Origin: Acidothermus cellulolyticus 11B
Lineage (GTDB): Bacteria > Actinomycetota > Actinomycetes > Acidothermales > Acidothermaceae
Assembly (NCBI RefSeq): GCF_000015025.1
Contig: NC_008578.1
Span: 1,590,001-1,622,000 of the forward strand
DNA length: 32,000 bases
Direction: 5' to 3'
The stretch's first letter is position 1, and the number at the start of each line of letters is the position of its first letter. Positions 1 to 8,532 of the stretch are shown piece by piece. Under the pieces are notes generated by a model. That model was not told the origin of the DNA, searched no databases, and saw only the letters and a list, made by a program, of their open reading frames with translations. The translations under genes and the position numbers were made by a program.

Positions 1-234
1 GGCACTCCCCTGCCGACCCCGGTGGCGGCGGTCGGCTGGTAGGTCGGACCGGCGCCCGCTCCCGCCAGACCGCTGGCGACAAGCCTGACCCCAGCCCGGT
101 GGACTACCTCGCGCCCGGTGTGCTGCACGCCCCTGCACGGCCCGTGGGATGCCCGCCCTGCGCGGCCCGGCGGACGCAGCCCGACGCCGTAGGGTAATGA
201 ACATCGGTCAAGTAAAGAGGAACGAGGTGGGACG

Positions 235-987
235 ATGCCGTACGACGCCTTTCTCGCTGAGACGGTGACGATCCACGGACACGGCGGCGATGCCATCGAA
301 GCGTACGCCGCGCGGCCGTTGCGGCCGGAGCCGCGCGGTGGGGTCGTGGTCATCCACCACATGCCCGGCTACGACCGCGCCACCAAGGAAATCACCCGTC
401 GGTTCGCCGAGGCCGGGTTCAATGCGATCTGCCCGAATCTCTACAGCCGCGAGGCACCCGGTGCTGCACCGGACGACGCGGCCGCCGCGGCGAGGGCACG
501 CGGCGGCGTCCCCGACGACCGACTGGTCGGCGACGTCGCCGGCGCCGCCACATACCTACGGGAATTGTCCAACGCCAACGGCAAAGTCGGCGTCATCGGC
601 TACTGCTCCGGCGGCCGGCAAGCGGTGCTCGCCGCGTGCAGCCTTGACATCAACGCGGCGGTCGACTGTTACGGCGCATTCGTCGTCTCCCCTCCCCCGC
701 CGGGTGCGCCGCTCGCCGTCCGGCCGCTTACCGACGAATTACCGAAGCTCCGCTGTCCGCTGCTCGGCCTCTTCGGCGCGGACGACGCCCACCCAAGCCC
801 CGCGGAAACCGCGGAATTCGAGAAAATTCTCGCCGAACACGGGAAGACGTACGAGTTTCACACGTACAACGGCGCAGGCCATGCGTTCTTCGCGGTGGAC
901 CGGCCAAGCTACCGGCCGGAAGCCGCAAATGACGGTTGGCAACGCATTCTCGAGTGGTTCCAGCGGTACCTCGCGACCGGGGCATAG
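235..987 (+). CDS. dienelactone hydrolase family protein (alpha/beta hydrolase with Cys nucleophile)
   Basis: 250-aa ORF. The ATG is preceded by a purine-rich RBS (gaggaacgaggtgggacgATG). DLH-like layout: VVVIHHMPGYD near the N-terminus, nucleophile elbow GYCSGG, C-terminal GAGHAF histidine motif. Confidence 0.85.
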   Translation: MPYDAFLAETVTIHGHGGDAIEAYAARPLRPEPRGGVVVIHHMPGYDRATKEITRRFAEAGFNAICPNLYSREAPGAAPDDAAAAARARGGVPDDRLVGDVAGAATYLRELSNANGKVGVIGYCSGGRQAVLAACSLDINAAVDCYGAFVVSPPPPGAPLAVRPLTDELPKLRCPLLGLFGADDAHPSPAETAEFEKILAEHGKTYEFHTYNGAGHAFFAVDRPSYRPEAANDGWQRILEWFQRYLATGA

Positions 988-990
988 TCG

Positions 991-1281
991 ATGTGCACGT
1001 ACGTTACGAAATGCCTGCCCATTCACGGCAGTGCCAAAGGACCGCACGGCTGGTTCTCAGCCCGCACGGCCTCGGTGTATCTCGACCATCCCGTGCACGC
1101 GCCGGCCGATCACACGCTGAATATCGATGTGCTCAATCCCGAACGCGGTCCGGAATATCGGGTCGCGGTCGAACTCGATCCGGCGTCGGCGCGGGAACTG
1201 GCTTACGCCATCCTCGAACTCGTCGAGACCTTCGGGGATGGCGGCGGAAACATCGGAACCGGTCCCACCCGCGCGGGATAG
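991..1281 (+). CDS. small conserved actinobacterial hypothetical protein (recalled as DUF6295-like)
   Basis: 96-aa ORF whose ATG lies 4 nt after the hydrolase stop, suggesting translational coupling. The sequence MCTY...GSAKGPHGWF...VYLDHPVHAP..HTLNIDVLNP..GP..RVAVELDPASA resembles a small family I recall from actinobacteria. The family name comes from memory and was not verified. Confidence 0.55.
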   Translation: MCTYVTKCLPIHGSAKGPHGWFSARTASVYLDHPVHAPADHTLNIDVLNPERGPEYRVAVELDPASARELAYAILELVETFGDGGGNIGTGPTRAG

Positions 1282-1295
1282 TCGCCGAGGCAGCC

Positions 1296-2498
1296 CTACC
1301 GCAGACGAGCGAGCGCCTGCTCGACGTCGGCGAGTAAATCCGCTGCGTCCTCGCAGCCGCAGCTGAACCGGATGAAGCCGGGTGGGACGTCGTCGCCGCC
1401 CCACCGCGCCCGCCGCTCCGCCGTGGAGTGAACGCCGCCGAAACTCGTCGCGACGGTGACGAGGCGCAGCGCGCCGAGAAATGCTTCGGCCTCGGCAGCG
1501 CCGGCGAGCTCGAACGAGACCAGCCCGCCCGGACGACGCATCTGGCGCACGGCGAGCGGGTACGCCGGATCCGACGGCAGCCACGGATAGCGCACCCGTC
1601 GGACGGCGGGGTGCGCGGCGAGCATTGCGGCCAGTTCGCGGGCGTTGTCAGCCTGCCGAGCCAGCCGCAGATCCAGGGTGGCCAAGGATCGATGCGCGAG
1701 CCAGGTCTCGAACGGTCCGGGAATCGCCCCGGTGCTGTTGCGCCAGCCGCGGATCCGCTCGGCGAGCTCGCCGGTGCGGCAAGCAACGTGTCCCAGCACG
1801 ATGTCGCTGTGGCCGGTCATCGCCTTGGTGTCACTCGCAACAGAGAAATCCGCACCAAGCAGAAGTGGCTGCTGGCCGAGTGGAGTGGCTGTCGTATTGT
1901 CGACGGCGAGCAGAGCGCCTTCGTCGCGGCATCGGCGCGCAAGCTCGGCGATATCGCAGACGTCGAGCCCTGGATTGCTCGGTGATTCGATCCACACCAG
2001 CCGGGCACCCGCGACCTGCGCGGCCATCTCCGGCCCGGTCGGAGCCCAGCGGGTCACAACCCCGAAATCGCTGAGAAATTCCTCCGCGAGACGACGTGTT
2101 GCGTAATAGCAATCGGACGCCATCAGCATGGTGTCCCCGGGTCGTAGTGTCGTGGCGAGGACGGCGGTGACCGCGGCGATTCCGGAGGCAAAAGCGATCG
2201 CCGGACCGCCTTCGAGATCGGCGAGCGCCGCCTCCCACGCCGTCCAGGTCGGATTCGTCAGCCGACCGTACTGATAAGGGCCGGCGGGCTCTCCATGCAG
2301 CACGTACGTGGAGGCGAAAACCGGACTCGGTACCAGCGGAGTGCCTTGCCCGCCGGGCATTCCGCCGGCGGTGAGAACGCGGGTGCCGTCACCGGAGACG
2401 ATCGGGGTGGCGCCGGATCGGCCGGTATCGGCGGGTTCCGCGGATTGGCAGCGAGGATCGCTCTGCTCCGGATGCCGCGGCGTCCCAGCGTCGTTCAT
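1296..2498 (-). CDS. Cys/Met-metabolism PLP-dependent enzyme (cystathionine gamma-synthase/gamma-lyase family)
   Basis: PLP-lysine motif ASDTKAMTGHSD plus NPTW...LEGG and ESPSNPGL blocks typical of the family. I trimmed the start to the ATG at 2498 (MNDAG...), which has AAGGAG 6 nt upstream. The longest ORF extends to 2549. Confidence 0.85.
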   Translation of the reverse strand: MNDAGTPRHPEQSDPRCQSAEPADTGRSGATPIVSGDGTRVLTAGGMPGGQGTPLVPSPVFASTYVLHGEPAGPYQYGRLTNPTWTAWEAALADLEGGPAIAFASGIAAVTAVLATTLRPGDTMLMASDCYYATRRLAEEFLSDFGVVTRWAPTGPEMAAQVAGARLVWIESPSNPGLDVCDIAELARRCRDEGALLAVDNTTATPLGQQPLLLGADFSVASDTKAMTGHSDIVLGHVACRTGELAERIRGWRNSTGAIPGPFETWLAHRSLATLDLRLARQADNARELAAMLAAHPAVRRVRYPWLPSDPAYPLAVRQMRRPGGLVSFELAGAAEAEAFLGALRLVTVATSFGGVHSTAERRARWGGDDVPPGFIRFSCGCEDAADLLADVEQALARLR

Positions 2499-2904
2499 CG
2501 CAATCTCCTTACTCCTTGGGTCGATGCCGTCTCGCCTCGCCGGCGTCATTGTGATGCGCTGTGTCTCGATGCGCTGCTGTCGTGACTGGCTGGCTTACTC
2601 CTGATGCGCTGCTGTCACCCCTGAGTCGCCGTCGTCTTGAATCGCTGCCGTGACCGCTGAGTCGCTGCCGTCGAACAGCGGGCGCGATCCGATGGTCCGC
2701 TGTAGATCTCCTCGCCGGGACATTCCTGGTTTTTGCGACATTTACGCGCCATTACGACACCCGTTCGAGAATTGATTACTCACCGCTACCTTTTCTCCGC
2801 TATCCTGCGTACGGTCGCGTTGGATGCCCGAATCGCGGCTGCGCAGCGTGACGACGATCGCGCAACCGACAGCCGATATTCGGCGTCTCCATGACGTGAC
2901 CTCC

Positions 2905-2939
2905 GACGCCGGCCACGGACGGGGGTCGTGGCCGGCGTC
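2905..2939. other. perfect 13-bp-stem hairpin (GACGCCGGCCACG-N9-CGTGGCCGGCGTC) in a long non-coding region
   Basis: Inverted repeat read directly: arms at 2905..2917 and 2927..2939. There is no flanking T/U tract, so it may be a factor-independent actinobacterial-type terminator or an RNA structural element. It lies about 270 nt downstream of the topoisomerase subunit stop. Confidence 0.4.
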
Positions 2940-3206
2940 ACCGCGACGCGGCAATTCCGCAGCCACCGCACCCATTCCGCGCACGTCCGCATACGCATCG
3001 CCCACCCGGTACGCATCGCCCACACTTCCCGGGAGATCACTCACCCCCCATGCAATTCCGCAACGACCGCATGCATCCGGCACAATTCCCCGGCTACCGG
3101 ATCCATGCCACGAGTCGAACATTTCCGGTCAATCGCGCGGAACACGCGAACGGTGCGCATCGTACGAGCACGGCGTCCGCCGCGGGCATTTGAGCTCTCA
3201 AGGAAT

Positions 3207-5318
3207 TCACACGTCGATCCGGCTGCGATCCAGCGTCGCCGCGGAGGCGGCGATGAATTCCTTGCGCGGCACGACGTCACCGCCCATGAGCAATTCGAAG
3301 GCGGCCTCGGCCGCGGCGGCGTCGGTCAGCGTCATGCGGCGCAGTACGCGATGCGCGGGATCCATCGTCGTTTCGGCCAACTGCGCGGCGTCCATCTCGC
3401 CCAGACCCTTGTACCGTTGGGGCGTCTTGTACCGGATCCCTTGCCGGTCCAGATCCGCAAGCAGCCGGTGCAGTTCCGCATCGCTGTAGGTGTAGACGGG
3501 GTCCTTGCGCCCGCTCACCTCGATCCGGTGCAGCGGTGGAACGGCGGCGAAGATTCGGCCGGCGTCCAGGAGCGGGCGCATGTACCGGAAGAACAGGGTG
3601 AGGAGGAGGCAGCGGATATGCGCGCCGTCGACATCGGCGTCCGTCATGATGATGACTTTGCCGTAGCGGACAGCATCGAGGGAAAAACTCCGCCCGGAGC
3701 CGGCACCGATGACCTGGATGATGGCCGCGCATTCGGCGTTGTTCAGCATGTCGCTGAGATCCGCTTTCTGCACGTTGAGAATCTTTCCGCGGATCGGCAA
3801 CAACGCCTGAAACTCCGAATTGCGGGCCAGTTTTGCCGTGCCAAGGGCGGAATCGCCTTCGACGATGAACAATTCGGTGCGGCTGGCGTCGGTTGACCGG
3901 CAATCAGCCAGTTTCGCCGGCAGGGCGGCCGATTCTAGGGCGTTCTTCCGACGTTGCGCCTCTTTATGGGCACGGAGCGCCCGCCGGGTCCGCGCAGCGG
4001 CGACGACTTTTTCCAGCACCGCGCGGGACGCCTGGCGGTCCACCCGGCGGGTTGAGGAGAAGAACGCGCGGAGCCCGCGGCTGACGACATCGAAGACGAT
4101 ACGCGTCGCCGCCGGAGTGCCGAGCACCTCCTTGGTCTGCCCGTCGAATTGCGGTTCGGGGAACCGGACGCTGACGACGGCGGTCAACCCTTCCAGCACG
4201 TCGTCCTTGACGATCGGTTCGTCCTTCACCAGCCGGGCGGATCGTGCGGCGTCCGACACCACCTTGACGACGGCACGCTCAAATCCCGTGACGTGGCTGC
4301 CGCCCTTGGGGGTCGCCACCACATTGACAAAAGACCGGATCACCGTGTCGTAGCCGGAATCCCACCGCAGTGCAACATCAACGACCATCTCGCGGATAAC
4401 GTCCTGCGGCACGGAATGTCCACGGTCATCGAGAACCGGGACCGTCTCGGTGAACTGCCCGGTACCCCGAAGCTGCAGCGTGCCGCTGACCGAGGTCTGC
4501 GCGCCAGCTTCCGCAGCCAGGTAGTCGGCAAAATCCTTTGTCCCGCCGGAAAATCGGAACGTTTCGGCGTACGCGGTCGTCTCGTCCCGGATCGTGATGG
4601 CCAGGCCGGGGACGAGAAATGCGGTCTGGCGGGCCCGGGCAATGAGCGCATCGAGGTCGATCCGCGCGTCGCGAAGGAAGATTTGCGGGTCGGGCCAGAA
4701 CCGCACTCGAGTGCCGGTGACTTTCCGGGGCAGGCGCCGGGCCTTTGCCAGCCCACCTCCTGGCCGGAACGGCGCCTTCGGCCCCGGACCGTCGAATATC
4801 CCACGGCGGCCGCGGCGGAAGCTCATCGTCCAGGTCGCGCCGTCCCGGTCGACCTCGACGTCCAACCGGGCGGCCAGCGCATTGACGACGCTGGCCCCGA
4901 CGCCGTGCAGTCCTCCTGAGGTGCCGTACGCGCCGCCGCCGAACTTGCCGCCGGCGTGGAGTTTGGTGAACACCACCTCGACGCCGGTCAACCCGGTCTT
5001 CGGTTCGACGTCAACGGGTATGCCGCGACCGGTGTCCCGGACTTCCACCGAACCGTCGGCGTAGACGATCACGTCGATCGCGTCGCCGTAGCCGGCGAGT
5101 GCCTCATCGACGGCGTTGTCCAGCAGTTCCCAGACACAGTGCATGAGCCCGCGGCTGTCGGTGGAACCGATGTACATCCCCGGCCGCTTGCGGACCGCCT
5201 CCAGCCCTTCCAGGACGAGGAGGTGGCGGGCGGTGTACGCGTCGGTCTCGGCGGCGTACGGCTGAGCGGTCATGCGGCGTCCCTGGTTGAAGAGCTGGCT
5301 ACTGTGCCTCTCCGACAC
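3207..5318 (-). CDS. parE: type IIA DNA topoisomerase subunit B (actinobacterial topoisomerase IV ParE / GyrB paralogue)
   Basis: GHKL ATPase motifs (LLDNAVDEA, GLHGVGASVVNA), TOPRIM motifs (ELFIVEGDSALGTAK, MTDADVDGAHI) and a C-terminal RYKGLGEMD...MDP block. Two starts are possible: GTG 5318 (GAGG 9 nt upstream) or ATG 5273 (MTAQPY...). The ParE versus GyrB assignment is based on remembered similarity to Streptomyces topo IV subunit B. Confidence 0.88.
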   Translation of the reverse strand: MSERHSSQLFNQGRRMTAQPYAAETDAYTARHLLVLEGLEAVRKRPGMYIGSTDSRGLMHCVWELLDNAVDEALAGYGDAIDVIVYADGSVEVRDTGRGIPVDVEPKTGLTGVEVVFTKLHAGGKFGGGAYGTSGGLHGVGASVVNALAARLDVEVDRDGATWTMSFRRGRRGIFDGPGPKAPFRPGGGLAKARRLPRKVTGTRVRFWPDPQIFLRDARIDLDALIARARQTAFLVPGLAITIRDETTAYAETFRFSGGTKDFADYLAAEAGAQTSVSGTLQLRGTGQFTETVPVLDDRGHSVPQDVIREMVVDVALRWDSGYDTVIRSFVNVVATPKGGSHVTGFERAVVKVVSDAARSARLVKDEPIVKDDVLEGLTAVVSVRFPEPQFDGQTKEVLGTPAATRIVFDVVSRGLRAFFSSTRRVDRQASRAVLEKVVAAARTRRALRAHKEAQRRKNALESAALPAKLADCRSTDASRTELFIVEGDSALGTAKLARNSEFQALLPIRGKILNVQKADLSDMLNNAECAAIIQVIGAGSGRSFSLDAVRYGKVIIMTDADVDGAHIRCLLLTLFFRYMRPLLDAGRIFAAVPPLHRIEVSGRKDPVYTYSDAELHRLLADLDRQGIRYKTPQRYKGLGEMDAAQLAETTMDPAHRVLRRMTLTDAAAAEAAFELLMGGDVVPRKEFIAASAATLDRSRIDV

Positions 5319-5665
5319 CCATGCCGACCTCGAGGGTGTCCGCGCGGCAAGGCTATCGAAGGCCGGCTATCGATCAGGGTTGGCCACGCCGAGCCACCGT
5401 CGATCGGCAAGAAACCTGTGGACGGCGACATACGCGGCGCGCCGGACGGCCGATCAGGCGGTGGCCGACGGCGAAAAATGATCCCGACCGATCCGGGCGC
5501 GACACCGGTCGGCACCAGCCGGCACCCGCTGGCCAAGCGGGGAGGCGGTCCGAGCGTCCGCTTACCGCGAACGCGCACCTCGGCACGGAGGATTCCGCAC
5601 GGGGTAATGGTTGGATCGGATAGCGGAGAGCTACCGCTGGACGAGATAGCGCCGATGAGAGGGAT

Positions 5666-5899
5666 GTGAAGGTGACACAGGCACTCGCGACCGAGCCGCT
5701 GACCGCTGCTGATCGTTGCGATCGGTGCGGAGCTCGTGCCTATGTCCGCGCCATCTTCCCGTCCGGCCAGTGCCTGCTCTTCTGCGCGCATCACGCCCGC
5801 CAGCACGCAGCCGCCCTCCGCGAAGCCGCTGTCGAGTTGCACGACGAGACCCACCTGCTCGCAGACGTCCCGCCCACCGCACCGGACGACGAGCGCTAG
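5666..5899 (+). CDS. small Cys4 zinc-ribbon-like conserved actinobacterial protein (recalled as DUF7455-like)
   Basis: 77-aa ORF with a GTG start preceded by GAGAGGGA. The motif AADRCDRCGARAY...LLFCAHH matches a small protein I recall next to parE/hrdB in Streptomyces. It is divergent from the topoisomerase gene. Confidence 0.7.
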   Translation: MKVTQALATEPLTAADRCDRCGARAYVRAIFPSGQCLLFCAHHARQHAAALREAAVELHDETHLLADVPPTAPDDER

Positions 5900-6044
5900 C
5901 GCGCGGCGACTGGGGCTCGCGGTCCGTGTCGCGCCACGCCCGTGCGCGACCTGCAGATGCCTTGGTTTCTCGATCGGCACCGCCGCGCGGTCGTGGCACC
6001 TACCGCGCGGCCGCGTCCTGCCGGTAATCAAGGCATGTCAGCAA

Positions 6045-7346
6045 TCAAGAGGTGATCGTCACTGTCACCACGACCAGTTGGGCGTCGATTGAGGGTTCAA
6101 TGCGCGTCCAGACCCCGCACACGATGCGGTTGCCGTCGATATCAACCCGAGCCGCGCTGTCCAGGTAAACCGGCGACGCGGGCACAGCGATCTGCCGCAA
6201 GCTGCGCGCGCCGTGGTCGTCGAACGCGCGGACATAGAGCACGTCACCATCACTAGTAGCGCCCTGGTACGCCGCAAAGCCTGGACCGGTCACCAGCATG
6301 TAGCCGTTCGCCGGACCGTTGTCGATCTCGATCGGTGTCGCCTTACCGCAGCCGGTCGGGACCGGCATCACCCACACGGAGGTCGGATCATTGATGCCCG
6401 GTTCGAGCCAGCTCACCCAGCCGTTGCGGGCTCCCCAGCTTTGAGATCCGTCCAGATGGGCGGCAACCACGGGCGCGCCGCCGTCAACCGGAATTTCCAC
6501 CAGATCCGCCGACCGAAATGCCAGCACATTCTCCTGACTTGCCTCGGTCACAATGACACAGCGACGCGTGATGGTGGCGTCCGCCATCTGCGGTCCGCTC
6601 GCGACGATCCGGTCAACTCCCGTCGCGGTGTCATACACGTGCACGTCAAGTGCCGGCCCGTTTGCCACTCCGACCTGCCAGGCGGCGGGCTGGATGCTCG
6701 ACCACCCGCCGGGAGTATGAAATTGCATCCAGACAATGAGGCCGTCCTCAGCATGCGGAAGAGGCACGTAAACCTCGGGGACATTGTGAGAGGACGCAAG
6801 GATTCTGTCCGTACCGGTTTCGATGTCCGTGAGGTGTAATTCCCACGCGACGGCGGGGTGCGCGTCATCCGGCACACTGTGCTCATCGGTCCAGGCGACG
6901 AAATGCCCCGTGCCGACCGCCCAATCCGTGACGCCTGCCGGCCAGCGGCTGCGAGCGATGGTGCGAATCCGGCCGGTGTCCAAGTCAAGCAAATCCACCC
7001 GCCGGGTCTGAATCTGCGGCTGTCCTTCTACCCGGCTGAACACCACGTAGTGCGACCAGGTGTGCACCCTCGCGATGTCAGTTGTCCCCATCTCATAGTG
7101 CTGTTCGGTGAGACTCACCCACGGGGTGCGGCCGGCGTAGGGGGTCAGCAGGAGCGAGCTTGCCGCCGTTGCGCTTGGCGCTATCACTCGATCGCCGAGG
7201 GAAGGCGCCGCTGGCGGCAGCAGCGTCGTCGGCGGTTTCGTTGTCATCGTGACCGAAGGCATCCGGGCCGGTGACGTCGTGCAGCCGGCAAGAAGGCTCG
7301 CAACGACCAGCGCTGCCAGGCAAAGCTCCCGCTGACCCCGTCGCAT
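6045..7346 (-). CDS. lipoprotein of unknown function, beta-strand rich (possibly propeller-like)
   Basis: 433-aa ORF. The N-terminus MRRGQRELCLAALVVASLLAGC carries a lipobox (L-A-G-C). The mature part has recurring W/D/TG..R strand-like segments. It starts 12 nt after the stop of the upstream peptidase-like gene. Confidence 0.75.
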   Translation of the reverse strand: MRRGQRELCLAALVVASLLAGCTTSPARMPSVTMTTKPPTTLLPPAAPSLGDRVIAPSATAASSLLLTPYAGRTPWVSLTEQHYEMGTTDIARVHTWSHYVVFSRVEGQPQIQTRRVDLLDLDTGRIRTIARSRWPAGVTDWAVGTGHFVAWTDEHSVPDDAHPAVAWELHLTDIETGTDRILASSHNVPEVYVPLPHAEDGLIVWMQFHTPGGWSSIQPAAWQVGVANGPALDVHVYDTATGVDRIVASGPQMADATITRRCVIVTEASQENVLAFRSADLVEIPVDGGAPVVAAHLDGSQSWGARNGWVSWLEPGINDPTSVWVMPVPTGCGKATPIEIDNGPANGYMLVTGPGFAAYQGATSDGDVLYVRAFDDHGARSLRQIAVPASPVYLDSAARVDIDGNRIVCGVWTRIEPSIDAQLVVVTVTITS

Positions 7347-7358
7347 CGTTGTCAGCCC

Positions 7359-8231
7359 TTAGAAGACAACCGATTGGGACGGCGAGTTATGTACGGCTGT
7401 CCAGGTGTTGGAGAGATATTCCTGATGCCAACCGTACGGGTCGACTGGATAGCTTGGCGGCAAGTAGCCGAACGTGAAGACCGGATCATATTCCTCGCCG
7501 AACAGTATCGTGGGATTCGAGCTCGTGTAGTGCTGGTAGCCGTAAATCATGTTGTAATGCAGTGCCCGGTGGCCACCCCAGAACGACAGGTACATCGTTT
7601 GAACATTGGGGATGACGGCCTGATTCGTGTCGATATCCGCACCGACCGCCCAGAGCAGATCGGCCGCACTCCGCGGCGTATACACCGACCAGTACGCGCT
7701 CGTGTGCGCATTCATCGCGTTCGCAATGTTGCCGATCAGCGTTCCGGTCGTCGGTGAGGTCTGTTCCCAAATCTCCCACTGATGTTCGGGAATATCCTGG
7801 CCGCTCATCGAGAGCCAGACGTTTCGGCTGGCCGCCGGGCCGCACGTATACGTCTTTGGCCGTCCGGTCGCTGGATCGCGGTTACCGTCCCCTTCGGGGT
7901 GCATGGCGACATAGGGCAGCTGATTCGAATCGCCGCACGGCTGCTCGCGGGTGCACAACCGCATCGGCGACACGGCGCCGGCGTTCGCGTTTGCCGCGGC
8001 TCGAGCCTTCTTGTACTCGGAAAAAGACTGCAACTTCGCCGCAACTTTGGCCGCATCCTGCGGAAGCGGCTGCCAGTGCGGCACCCCTGTATCGGCAACC
8101 CCCGTGTTGGCTATCCCGTCAGCCGGTGGTACGGCGTTGCCAGGCGGCGCAGCCGCACCCGCAGGAAGTGCTGGAGTCACACACACAGACGCAAGAAGTC
8201 CGAGCAGCGTTGCTCGACGGCGAAACGTCAT
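7359..8231 (-). CDS. secreted protein, putative papain-fold cysteine peptidase/amidase (C39-like)
   Basis: 290-aa ORF with a strong RBS (GAGGAGGACCAGATG). The signal peptide has an RRR n-region (MTFRRRATLLGLLASVCVTPALPAGAAA). The candidate catalytic Cys sits in YTCGPAASRNVW and the candidate His in WGGHRALHYNMIYGY, followed by acidic EEYDP. The family assignment is tentative. Confidence 0.65.
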   Translation of the reverse strand: MTFRRRATLLGLLASVCVTPALPAGAAAPPGNAVPPADGIANTGVADTGVPHWQPLPQDAAKVAAKLQSFSEYKKARAAANANAGAVSPMRLCTREQPCGDSNQLPYVAMHPEGDGNRDPATGRPKTYTCGPAASRNVWLSMSGQDIPEHQWEIWEQTSPTTGTLIGNIANAMNAHTSAYWSVYTPRSAADLLWAVGADIDTNQAVIPNVQTMYLSFWGGHRALHYNMIYGYQHYTSSNPTILFGEEYDPVFTFGYLPPSYPVDPYGWHQEYLSNTWTAVHNSPSQSVVF

Positions 8232-8532
8232 CTGGTCCTCCTCTCAGACCGGTCATCGTGTAGGTCGTCAGCGATCACGCGGGACACGTCGAACCAGCCA
8301 GCCGATCCCATACGGATGCAGATCACCTTCAGGTCGGTCGCTGGCAGATCGACGGCTTGACCCCCTCGCTACTGATCGCTCATTACTGATCGCGCAGTGT
8401 AACGAGCCGGTCCTAAACCGTCAAGACACCCCAAGGCATGCGCGTGTCGCCGAAACGCATGACAACCCGCCAAGACGGCGACGCAGGCGACAGACCCGGC
8501 GGGCTCGGCGGAACGGTCCAGCCAGTCGCGAA

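Noticed and set aside
1-42. Possible 3' end of a + strand gene ending at TAG 40..42
   Set aside because: Only 13 codons are visible, which is too little to support a call.
2499-2760. SAM riboswitch (S-box or SAM-IV) upstream of the Cys/Met PLP enzyme gene
   Set aside because: Reading the minus strand, I could not find the conserved cores I remember for SAM-I or SAM-IV. I kept it only as an unexplained non-coding region pending an Infernal scan.
2742-3122. 126-aa minus-strand ORF in the long intergenic region
   Set aside because: Third-codon positions carry many A/T, unlike the neighbouring genes. There is no RBS before the ATG and no recognisable motifs, so it is probably non-coding.
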